Shown here piece after piece: positions 1 through 5,945 of a stretch of DNA of 7,315 bases; positions within the stretch are counted from its first letter, which is position 1; each line of letters starts with the position of its first letter. The notes beneath the pieces were generated by a model that was given only the letters and a program-made list of their open reading frames with translations, made no database searches and was not told where the DNA came from. The translations under genes were made by a program, and so were the position numbers. Source of the stretch: a virus (Duplodnaviria; Heunggongvirae; Uroviricota; Caudoviricetes); IMG/VR virus record IMGVR_UViG_2778261512_000020, positions 1 through 7,315 of that record. The stretch is one strand, 5' to 3'.

Positions 1-132
1 ATGATTTACGCAATCGCGGGAGGCGCTCGCATGGGTGCCTTCCAATTAAATGAATCTTTACTTGAACGAATCACCCGTAAATTACGTGACGGATGGAAAA
101 GAGTTGAGGTCTTATTATGCGCAATGAAATAG
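1..132 (+). CDS. cIII: CIII-like protease (FtsH/HflB) inhibitor, 43 aa
   Basis: Translation from the ATG at 1 is MIYAIAGGARMGAFQLNESLLERITRKLRDGWKRVEVLLCAMK, stop TAG 130-132. The core ESLLERITRKLRDGWKR matches the conserved amphipathic helix of lambda CIII as I recall it. Too short for the ORF track. The start coincides with the window edge, so the true start and RBS cannot be checked. Confidence 0.75.
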   Translation: MIYAIAGGARMGAFQLNESLLERITRKLRDGWKRVEVLLCAMK

Positions 133-269
133 CCATCAATCACCAGATGCTTCGTGCAGCACAGAACAAAGCAGTAATAGCCAGATTTATTGGTGATTCA
201 AAAATGTGGATTGAAGCAAATAAAGCGATGAAATCAGCTATCAACCTTCCGTGGTATCGCAGGAAATGA
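117..269 (+). CDS. kil: Kil-like small protein (putative host cell-division inhibitor), 50 aa
   Basis: ATG 117 lies inside the 3' end of cIII in another frame, as kil does in lambda. Translation is MRNEIAINHQMLRAAQNKAVIARFIGDSKMWIEANKAMKSAINLPWYRRK, stop TGA 267-269. The IA-FIGD-KM segment resembles what I remember of lambda Kil; the call rests mainly on synteny and size. Confidence 0.45.
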   Translation: MRNEIAINHQMLRAAQNKAVIARFIGDSKMWIEANKAMKSAINLPWYRRK

Positions 270-424
270 GTTTTACAGATAACTGGTCAGACGAAGAATT
301 CATTCGTCAGATGAAAGAATTAATCGGTAACGAAGGAGATATTCATGTCACTTGCAACCACAGTGAAGGAGAGCAAGTTACAGAGACGCATGTACACGCA
401 GAAAGCTCTCTGGTATCGCCATAA
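266..424 (+). CDS. Hypothetical small protein, 52 aa, at the position where lambda has gam and P22 has arf
   Basis: ATG 266-268 overlaps the kil stop (ATGA, TGA 267-269), with AGGA at 261-264. Translation is MSFTDNWSDEEFIRQMKELIGNEGDIHVTCNHSEGEQVTETHVHAESSLVSP, stop TAA 422-424. It is the only open frame in this interval. Confidence 0.4.
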   Translation: MSFTDNWSDEEFIRQMKELIGNEGDIHVTCNHSEGEQVTETHVHAESSLVSP

Positions 425-525
425 TGGCGACCGCGAAGGAATGCGGGTATGCCTTAATTTGTCCCGAGTCGAAGTATTAAATCAGCGTTATTTCCTTGGG
501 CCGTGTCCATTCTGAGATCAAACAT

Positions 526-1131
526 ATGAGCAAAGAATTTTATGCAAGGCTGGCAGCCATTCAGGAGAATCTGAACGCGCCAAAGAATCAGTACAACTCA
601 TTCGGTAAATATAAATACAGAAGCTGCGAAGACATTCTTGAAGGCGTTAAGCCGTTACTGAATGGTCTGTTTTTATCAATCAGCGATGAAGTTGTGTTGA
701 TTGGTGATCGGTATTACGTGAAAGCCACGGCAACTATTACCGATGGCGAAAACAGTCATACGGCAACCGCTCTTGCACGAGAGGAAGAAAGCAAGAAAGG
801 AATGGATTCTGCACAAGTTACGGGAGCTACAAGCTCTTATGCACGCAAGTATTGCCTCAATGGTTTGTTCGGCATTGATGATGCGAAAGATGCAGATACC
901 GACGAGCATAAACATCAGCAGAACGCAGCAGCAAAGCAATCAAAACCATCACCTACACCTGAACAGGTTCTAAAAGCATTCACTGACGCAGCATTGCAGA
1001 AAAACACCGTGGAAGAGCTTAAACAGGCGTTCGCCAAAGCGTGGAAGATGCTCGAAGGCACACCGGAGCAGCACAAAGCGCAGGACGTTTACAACATCAG
1101 ACGAGACGAATTAGAAGGAGCAGCTGCTTAA
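526..1131 (+). CDS. erf: Erf-family single-strand annealing protein (essential recombination function, P22 Erf-like)
   Basis: 201-aa translation begins MSKEFYARLAAIQENLNAPKNQYNSFGKYKYRSCEDILEGVKPLL, which I recognise as the Erf N-terminal annealing domain, followed by a low-complexity linker and C-terminal domain. The ORF track starts at TTG 496, but the ATG at 526 matches the family N-terminus. Stop TAA 1129-1131. Confidence 0.85.
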   Translation: MSKEFYARLAAIQENLNAPKNQYNSFGKYKYRSCEDILEGVKPLLNGLFLSISDEVVLIGDRYYVKATATITDGENSHTATALAREEESKKGMDSAQVTGATSSYARKYCLNGLFGIDDAKDADTDEHKHQQNAAAKQSKPSPTPEQVLKAFTDAALQKNTVEELKQAFAKAWKMLEGTPEQHKAQDVYNIRRDELEGAAA

Positions 1132-1514
1132 TGGCACATTCGATTACTGTAAGACTAAACAAGCCCGCAAGAGAGTTTCAGGCCGGGGAAAATATCGGAT
1201 TCAACATCCGTGCTGGCGTTCAGTATTACGATCGCCAGACAAAAAAGAAAGAATGGACAAACTACAGCGCCGTTGTATTTGCCAAGCCGGGAGCGCAAGC
1301 GGATTACTACCGTAGTGTTCTTGTTGAAGGTGGCATTGTGGAAATTACCGGAGAAAACATCAGGGTTGATGTTTATCAGGGGCAAAATGGTCAATCAATC
1401 ACTCTTGAATTACTGAATGCAAAGATTGGATTTGCAGCTTCAGGAAATGGCCCGCAGCAGCAAAGTAGTAACCAGCAGAACACTCCTGTATACGACGATT
1501 CCATCCCATTCTGA
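1131..1514 (+). CDS. Phage SSB-like single-stranded DNA-binding protein, 127 aa, with canonical acidic C-terminal tip
   Basis: ATG 1131-1133 overlaps the erf stop (TAATG), with GGAG at 1116-1119. Translation is MAHSITVRLNKPAREF...NAKIGFAASGNGPQQQSSNQQNTPVYDDSIPF. The DDSIPF ending matches the bacterial SSB tail (DDDIPF), the preceding Gln/Gly-rich linker and the N-terminal 100 aa are consistent with an OB fold. The track ORF from 1041 is an in-frame upstream extension inside erf. Confidence 0.7.
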   Translation: MAHSITVRLNKPAREFQAGENIGFNIRAGVQYYDRQTKKKEWTNYSAVVFAKPGAQADYYRSVLVEGGIVEITGENIRVDVYQGQNGQSITLELLNAKIGFAASGNGPQQQSSNQQNTPVYDDSIPF

Positions 1515-1537
1515 TTTAGAACAATAAGGATTTAATT

Positions 1538-1834
1538 ATGCCAGCGCCTCTGTATGGTGCGGATGACGCGCGCCGCTGTTCCGGCAATTCCGTATCGGAG
1601 GTGCTGGATAAATTCAGGAAAAACTACGACCTGATAATGTCGCTACCTCAGGAAACGAAAGAGGAAAAGGAATTTCGCCATTGTATATGGCTTGCAGAGA
1701 AAGAAGAACGAGAGCGAATTTACCAGACATCAATCCGACCATTCCGCAAAGCCACATATACCCACTTCCCTGAATATATCGACCCGCGCCTGCGTAATTA
1801 CCGCTCACGCTATGGCGCTATCAGTAATGACTGA
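1538..1834 (+). CDS. Hypothetical protein, 98 aa, basic/charged
   Basis: ATG 1538 is preceded by AAGGA (1526-1530) with a 7-nt spacer; stop TGA 1832-1834. Translation [63 protein letters not shown]... has no family I can recognise. Confidence 0.55.
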   Translation: MPAPLYGADDARRCSGNSVSEVLDKFRKNYDLIMSLPQETKEEKEFRHCIWLAEKEERERIYQTSIRPFRKATYTHFPEYIDPRLRNYRSRYGAISND

Positions 1835-1844
1835 GGAATTTACA

Positions 1845-2009
1845 ATGAGAGGACTTGCATACAATCCCGGCATTCTTCCGGCAGAAATGATTATTCGCCA
1901 ACGCGTAAAGCCAATGCCATCGAGAGAGGAATTGCTTAAGAGAAATTCTTTTCCATCAGTGAATCAAAACAAATATCTGAATGCGATGTGGCGGAGTGGG
2001 AAGAAATGA
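1845..2009 (+). CDS. Hypothetical small protein, 54 aa
   Basis: ATG 1845 is preceded by GAGG (1833-1836) with an 8-nt spacer. Translation is [54 protein letters not shown]. Its stop TGA 2007-2009 overlaps the next start (ATGA). The track ORF 1692-2009 is an upstream extension overlapping the previous gene. Confidence 0.45.
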   Translation: MRGLAYNPGILPAEMIIRQRVKPMPSREELLKRNSFPSVNQNKYLNAMWRSGKK

Positions 2010-2572
2010 AACAAATGTCACTAATTGAGATGGATGGTTTTCTGAAAGGTAAATGCATCCCAAGTGATTTAAAGGTTAACGAAACAAACGCTGAATATCT
2101 GGTGCGTAAATTTGCTGAAGCGGAGGCCAAGATTTCCGCGCTGTCAGAAGACCAGCAGAGAGCGATTGAGTCAATTAAGCAGGCTGATGCGGCTGTTAAG
2201 TTGGCACACGAGAAGTTTTCAGCGCTGGCTGCGGAGAATGCGGTGATGAAAGCGTTTGGCGACAAGCTATACAGCATGTATAAAGGCCTTGAGGCCTCTG
2301 GTGGTGGATTCCATGACGAACAGTCAATTCCCTATCAGCAAGCGGCTCTCGATGCGGCAATATCGGAGTTCGAGAAAATCAAAACCCCGGCGACCGATGC
2401 GTTCCTGGCTGAATTGCTGGCGCATGGTGTGGAGTTGTTTGCTGAAAGCCAGAATGAATACGTCAGAAAAAACCGCAACGAATTGGATTCCATGACTCGC
2501 GCCGCCTATTGCGGAAGCGCTGTTGATGCTGAGAGATTCGCCGCCCAGCTTCGCAAAGGAGTGCAGTCATGA
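2006..2572 (+). CDS. Hypothetical protein, 188 aa, Ala/Glu-rich and probably helical or coiled-coil
   Basis: ATG 2006 has GGAAG 5 nt upstream and an ATGA overlap with the preceding ORF; the track start GTG 1988 is also possible. Translation [71 protein letters not shown]... Stop TGA 2570-2572. Confidence 0.6.
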   Translation: MKQMSLIEMDGFLKGKCIPSDLKVNETNAEYLVRKFAEAEAKISALSEDQQRAIESIKQADAAVKLAHEKFSALAAENAVMKAFGDKLYSMYKGLEASGGGFHDEQSIPYQQAALDAAISEFEKIKTPATDAFLAELLAHGVELFAESQNEYVRKNRNELDSMTRAAYCGSAVDAERFAAQLRKGVQS

Positions 2573-2802
2573 GCAACCTACTACCATGTCCATTCTGTGG
2601 CGGCGCAGCGCACGTTGCCAGTGAAGCAGATCACCCTGAATATGGCTCTGGAGGTAGATTCTATTTCGTTCGATGCGGTACGTGTCGCGCTCAATCTGGT
2701 AGCAAATATGCAGCGCCTGGAAATGACTGCGCGATTTTTTATTCAGAGGTTAGAGCTGAGTGGAATCAGCGAGCAAAGGAGGCAACCAGTGAGCGAAATT
2801 AA
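2569..2802 (+). CDS. lar: Lar-family restriction-alleviation protein (zinc-ribbon, Rac prophage Lar/RalR-like), 77 aa
   Basis: ATG 2569 overlaps the preceding stop (ATGA), with AAGGAG at 2556-2561. Translation [44 protein letters not shown]...AEWNQRAKE has the CPFCGG ... CGTC zinc-ribbon arrangement I associate with Lar-family proteins. Stop TAA 2800-2802. Confidence 0.65.
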   Translation: MSNLLPCPFCGGAAHVASEADHPEYGSGGRFYFVRCGTCRAQSGSKYAAPGNDCAIFYSEVRAEWNQRAKEATSERN

Positions 2803-3241
2803 TTACCAGGCACTGCGTGCTAAGGCAGAAAAAGCAACGTGTGGCGAGTGGTCGCTCGAATATGGAGATGGCCGATTTGATGGTGATGATGCGCTAATTC
2901 ATCGCGAGGCTGCTGGATATATTCCCATTTGCAGAATTGAAGGCGCGCATCCAGAAAGCGGTTTCGATGAAGATTTCCAAATGGAACAGCAGGCCAATGC
3001 TGAATTCATCGCCGCAGCCAATCCAGCTACCGTGCTGGCGCTGCTGGATGAGCTGGAAGCCAAAGACAAGCGGATTGCTGACATGGAGGCGCGGGAGGTT
3101 GTACTGCCGCGTGCGCACGATGTTCACCCATTAGGGCCGCAGTCGGCGAAAATTTTTTGTGAGTTTCACCGGAGTATCGTGAACAGATGCGCCGATGAGA
3201 TTCGCAAGGTTGGCGTCAAAGTCAGCATCAAGGGGAATTAG
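2789..3241 (+). CDS. Ead/Ea22-like family protein, 150 aa
   Basis: GTG 2789 is preceded by a strong AAGGAGG (2776-2782) with a 6-nt spacer. Translation VSEINYQALRAKAEKATCGEWSLEYGDGRFDGDD...ANAEFIAAANPATVLALLDELEAKDKRIADMEAR carries the GEW and FIAAA...LLDELEAKDKRIA motifs I recognise from Ead/Ea22-like prophage proteins. The track ORF from 2597 is an extension running through the lar gene in another frame. Confidence 0.55.
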   Translation: MSEINYQALRAKAEKATCGEWSLEYGDGRFDGDDALIHREAAGYIPICRIEGAHPESGFDEDFQMEQQANAEFIAAANPATVLALLDELEAKDKRIADMEAREVVLPRAHDVHPLGPQSAKIFCEFHRSIVNRCADEIRKVGVKVSIKGN

Positions 3242-3245
3242 GGAT

Positions 3246-3647
3246 ATGGCTGAACTAACCAAAGAATGGCTGAAGCAAACTATCGCTGAATACGAAGCCA
3301 ATCGTGATGAATTACCGTTTGGACTGGATACCAACAGTGCCATTGAGCTTCAGGCGTTCAAGTTGGCGCTGGCATCGCTGGAAGCAGATCCAGTTGCTTA
3401 TATTTTCAAACATCCGGCCGGGAAATTATTCTTGGCTTTAACGGATGAAAGCAATAAAGATCAATCGGACGTTATTCCTGTTTATGCCGCCCCTCCAGTA
3501 CCAGTAGTACCTGCTGCATTACCTGAGAACGACGATGAGGACTGGCATGACATTGATTATCTTGAGCCATCTGAAGTTTACTCGCTTGGGCGAACAGCTG
3601 GCTGGAACGCCTGCCGTGCTGCCATGCTTAAGGGAGATAAATCATGA
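3246..3647 (+). CDS. Hypothetical prophage protein, 133 aa
   Basis: ATG 3246 follows the previous stop TAG 3239-3241, with AGGGG at 3231-3235. Translation MAELTKEWLKQTIAEYEANRDELPFGL...VAYIFKHPAGKLF...PVYAAPP...GWNACRAAMLKGDKS has typical coding codon usage. The track start at 3195 would overlap the previous gene. Confidence 0.6.
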   Translation: MAELTKEWLKQTIAEYEANRDELPFGLDTNSAIELQAFKLALASLEADPVAYIFKHPAGKLFLALTDESNKDQSDVIPVYAAPPVPVVPAALPENDDEDWHDIDYLEPSEVYSLGRTAGWNACRAAMLKGDKS

Positions 3648-4060
3648 TTAATCGCACCAAGCTGGAGCACATCCTCGAATATGCCAGACAGCAGAGGCGC
3701 TTTGGTCAGCATTGCAAAATTCCGCCAGGAGATATGGTTGAAATCGTGGAGATTGCCATGCGCAAGGCTGGCAACTCTCCGGTAACTCCGGATGGTTGGA
3801 TAAGCTGTAGTGATCGAATGCCTGTAATTGGTGAGCTAAATTGGAGAACTAGTTTTCCTTTGCTGATTACGTGTGAGATTGGCGTTATACCAGCTTATTA
3901 CGGCTTTGTGAGCATTAATGGGGATAGGCATTATGGCTTTATGGAGAGTCTTAAATACGGAGACGATAGCGGCGGCCATCCTCAAACTAATGAATATGAT
4001 CTGATTAGCAATGTAACCCACTGGATGCCGCTACCAGAACCGCCTCAGGAGGCAAAATGA
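3644..4060 (+). CDS. DUF551-like prophage protein, 138 aa
   Basis: ATG 3644 overlaps the preceding stop (ATGA), with AGGGAG at 3632-3637. The C-terminus ...NVTHWMPLPEPPQEAK and the internal W-x-S-x-DR-x-P segment match my recollection of DUF551 proteins found near xis/int in enterobacterial prophages. Confidence 0.55.
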   Translation: MINRTKLEHILEYARQQRRFGQHCKIPPGDMVEIVEIAMRKAGNSPVTPDGWISCSDRMPVIGELNWRTSFPLLITCEIGVIPAYYGFVSINGDRHYGFMESLKYGDDSGGHPQTNEYDLISNVTHWMPLPEPPQEAK

Positions 4061-4316
4061 TGGATGTAAAAGAGAAGGTTTTGCAGGTGATGCGTTCCCG
4101 GGCGCCCTGCAAGATAAAGCTCTCGGCGGGGAATATCCATTCAGGATGGCAACCTGGAATCTGCGGTTGGCAATGGAGAAGGAATTTCCTGATGAAGAAT
4201 GGCGTTCGGCAGATTTGCGCAAAATTCTTATGGAGCTGGCTAAAGACGGAGCAGTATCCAAAGATACCTATGCCAGCCGGATTGGTCAGACGGTATGGAG
4301 ACTGGAGGTGAGGTAA
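4057..4316 (+). CDS. Hypothetical small protein with ambiguous reading frame (possible frameshifted gene)
   Basis: A strong AGGAGG (4046-4051) and ATG 4057/4060 with an ATGA overlap indicate initiation in the track frame (4057-4311). Downstream, that frame is rich in Trp and rare Arg/Ile codons (AGG, AGA, ATA, CGG), whereas the -1 frame reads protein-like (MATWNLRLAMEKEFPDEEWRSADLRKILMELAKDGAVSKDTYASRIGQTVWRLEVR, ATG 4146 to TAA 4314-4316). Confidence 0.3.
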
Positions 4317-4423
4317 TGGCTAACCTGCAACTTGCCGTCAAATGTGAATAACAATCCTCGCATTCGCGGGGATTTCTTTTATCTGAACTCGCTACGGCGA
4401 GTTTTGTTTTATGGAGATGATAA

Positions 4424-4591
4424 ATGCACTTCCGAGTCACAGGTGAATGGAATGGAGAACCATTCAACAGAGTTATCGAAGCAGAGAACATCAATGACTG
4501 CTATGACCACTGGATGATATGGGCGCAGATAGCACATGCAGACATAACCAATATTCGAATTGAAGAACTGAAAGAACACCAAGCCGCCTGA
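4424..4591 (+). CDS. Hypothetical protein, 55 aa, directly upstream of xis (same size and spacing as the small ORF upstream of xis in lambda)
   Basis: ATG 4424 is preceded by GGAG (4413-4416) with a 7-nt spacer. Translation is MHFRVTGEWNGEPFNRVIEAENINDCYDHWMIWAQIAHADITNIRIEELKEHQAA, stop TGA 4589-4591. It is 168 nt long and 39 nt from the xis start, which is what I recall for lambda. The track missed it (under 60 aa). Confidence 0.55.
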   Translation: MHFRVTGEWNGEPFNRVIEAENINDCYDHWMIWAQIAHADITNIRIEELKEHQAA

Positions 4592-4606
4592 TGGCGGCTT
4601 TTTCTT
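4581..4606 (+). terminator. Rho-independent terminator-like hairpin
   Basis: Perfect 8-bp stem AAGCCGCC (4581-4588) / GGCGGCTT (4593-4600) with loop TGAT, followed by a T-run (4599-4603, TTTTTCTT). The stop codon of the 55-aa ORF lies in the loop. Confidence 0.6.
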
Positions 4607-4650
4607 GCGTGTAATTGCGGAGACTTTGCGATGTACTTGACACTTCAGGA
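4600..4650 (+). promoter_or_regulatory. pI (int) promoter region with cII-binding tetrad repeat TTGC-N6-TTGC
   Basis: TTGCgtgtaaTTGC at 4605-4618 is the direct-repeat architecture of cII-activated promoters (pRE, pI, paQ). It sits just upstream of and overlapping the xis start (4631), as in lambda, where the pI transcript starts inside xis so Int is made without Xis. Confidence 0.65.
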
Positions 4651-4849
4651 GTGGAACGCACGCCAGCGACGCCCAAGAAGCCTTGAAACAGTTCGTCGAT
4701 GGGTGCGCGAATGCAGGATATTCCCTCCTCCGGTTAAGGATGGAAGAGAGTATCTGTTCCACGAATCAGCGGTAAAGGTTGACTTAAATCGACCAGTAAC
4801 AGGTAGCCTTTTGAAGAGGATCAGAAATGGGAAGAAGGCGAAGTCATGA
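4631..4849 (+). CDS. xis: Excisionase Xis, 72 aa
   Basis: Translation MYLTLQEWNARQRRPRSLETVRRWVRECRIFPPPVKDGREYLFHESAVKVDLNRPVTGSLLKRIRNGKKAKS matches lambda Xis as I recall it. The 3' end overlaps the int start by 23 nt, as in lambda. Confidence 0.95.
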   Translation: MYLTLQEWNARQRRPRSLETVRRWVRECRIFPPPVKDGREYLFHESAVKVDLNRPVTGSLLKRIRNGKKAKS

Positions 4850-5897
4850 GCGCCGGGATTTACCCCCTAACCTTTATATAAGAAACAATGGATATTACTG
4901 CTACAGGGACCCAAGGACGGGTAAAGAGTTTGGTTTAGGCCGAGACAGGAGGATAGCAATCACTGAAGCAATACAGGCCAATATTGAGTTATTTTCAGGA
5001 CACAAACACAAGCCTCTGACAGCGAGAATCAACAGTGATAATTCTGTTACGTTACATTCATGGCTTGATCGCTACGAAAAAATCCTCGCCAGCAGAGGAA
5101 TCAAGCAGAAGACACTCATAAATTACATGAGCAAAATTAAAGCAATAAGGAGGGGGCTGCCTGATGCTCCACTTGAAGACATCACCACAAAAGAAATTGC
5201 GGCAATGCTCAATGGATACATAGACGAGGGCAAGGCGGCGTCAGCCAAGTTAATCAGATCAACACTGAGCGATGCATTCCGAGAGGCAATAGCTGAAGGC
5301 CATATAACAACAAACCCGGTCGCTGCCACTCGCGCAGCAAAATCAGAGGTAAGGAGATCAAGACTTACGGCTGACGAATACCTGAAAATTTATCAAGCAG
5401 CAGAATCATCACCATGTTGGCTCAGACTTGCAATGGAACTGGCTGTTGTTACCGGGCAGCGAGTTGGTGATTTATGCGAAATGAAGTGGTCTGATATCGT
5501 AGATGGATATCTTTATGTCGAACAAAGCAAAACAGGCGTAAAAATTGCCATCCCTACAACATTGCATGTTGATGCTCTCGGGATATCAATGAAGGAAACA
5601 CTTGATAAATGCAAAGAGATTCTTGGCGGAGAAACCATAATTGCATCTACTCGTCGTGAACCGCTTTCATCCGGCACAGTATCAAGGTATTTTATGCGCG
5701 CACGAAAAGCATCAGGTCTTTCCTTCGAAGGGGATCCGCCTACCTTTCACGAGTTGCGCAGTTTGTCTGCAAGACTCTATGAGAAGCAGATAAGCGATAA
5801 GTTTGCTCAACATCTTCTCGGACATAAGTCGGACACCATGGCATCACAGTATCGTGATGACAGAGGCAGGGAGTGGGACAAAATTGAAATCAAATAA
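4827..5897 (+). CDS. int: Tyrosine site-specific integrase Int (lambda-type), 356 aa
   Basis: Translation begins MGRRRSHERRDLPPNLYIRNNGYYCYRDPRTGKEFGLGRDRRIAITEA and ends SQYRDDRGREWDKIEIK, with the catalytic R...HxxR...Y residues (HELRSL, HLLGHKSD, ASQYRDD). It matches lambda Int as I recall it. Stop TAA 5895-5897. Confidence 0.97.
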   Translation: MGRRRSHERRDLPPNLYIRNNGYYCYRDPRTGKEFGLGRDRRIAITEAIQANIELFSGHKHKPLTARINSDNSVTLHSWLDRYEKILASRGIKQKTLINYMSKIKAIRRGLPDAPLEDITTKEIAAMLNGYIDEGKAASAKLIRSTLSDAFREAIAEGHITTNPVAATRAAKSEVRRSRLTADEYLKIYQAAESSPCWLRLAMELAVVTGQRVGDLCEMKWSDIVDGYLYVEQSKTGVKIAIPTTLHVDALGISMKETLDKCKEILGGETIIASTRREPLSSGTVSRYFMRARKASGLSFEGDPPTFHELRSLSARLYEKQISDKFAQHLLGHKSDTMASQYRDDRGREWDKIEIK

Positions 5898-5925
5898 TGA
5901 TTTTATTTTGACTGATAGTGACCTG
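5893..5925. promoter_or_regulatory. Int arm-type binding sites P'3-P'2-P'1 in the P' arm
   Basis: AATAATGATTTTATTTTGACTGATAGTGACCTG is the reverse complement of the lambda P' arm segment CAGGTCACTATCAGTCAAAATAAAATCATTATT. P'3 overlaps the int stop codon. Confidence 0.75.
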
Positions 5926-5932
5926 TTCGTTG

Positions 5933-5945
5933 CAACAAATTGATA
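5933..5945. promoter_or_regulatory. IHF binding site H' in the P' arm
   Basis: CAACAAATTGATA is the reverse complement of TATCAATTTGTTG, which fits the IHF consensus WATCAANNNNTTR. It lies between the arm-type sites and the core, as in lambda attP. Confidence 0.65.

Noticed and set aside
496-525. TTG start at 496 for erf (ORF-track start, MGRVHSEIKH extension)
   Set aside because: No Shine-Dalgarno upstream of 496, and the family N-terminus as I recall it begins MSKEFYARL at ATG 526.
1041-1130. Upstream extension of the SSB-like ORF (track start 1041) inside erf
   Set aside because: It lies wholly within erf in another frame and is Arg-rich with atypical composition; ATG 1131 has a good GGAG and a TAATG coupling to erf.
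1692-1844. Long track ORF 1692-2009 (105 aa) overlapping the 98-aa gene
   Set aside because: The upstream 150 nt overlap the better-supported 1538-1834 gene; the internal ATG 1845 has its own RBS and gives a non-overlapping 54-aa product.
2597-2788. N-terminal extension of the Ea22-like ORF (track start 2597)
   Set aside because: It would run through the Lar-like gene in another frame; GTG 2789 has a near-consensus AAGGAGG six bases upstream.
3195-3245. ATG 3195 as start of the 133-aa gene
   Set aside because: It overlaps the end of the Ea22-like gene; ATG 3246 directly follows that gene's stop and gives a typical N-terminus (MAELTKEW).
4332-4517. Track ORF 4332-4517 (61 aa)
   Set aside because: It spans a terminator-like hairpin (about 4386-4410) and overlaps the 55-aa ORF at 4424-4591, which has a proper RBS and lambda-like spacing to xis.
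676-4762. Minus-strand ORFs (676-939, 1155-1394, 1614-1808, 1936-2277, 2894-3127, 2899-3084, 3131-3343, 3836-4021, 4031-4261, 4240-4494, 4409-4762, 4491-4676) and internal plus-strand ORFs (743-973, 1210-1416, 2256-2495, 2937-3134)
   Set aside because: All are embedded in or antisense to better-supported plus-strand genes, lack RBS context, and show low-complexity or rare-codon composition typical of shadow ORFs.
5123-5329. Antisense ORF inside int
   Set aside because: It lies within the well-supported int coding sequence and has hydrophobic low-complexity composition.
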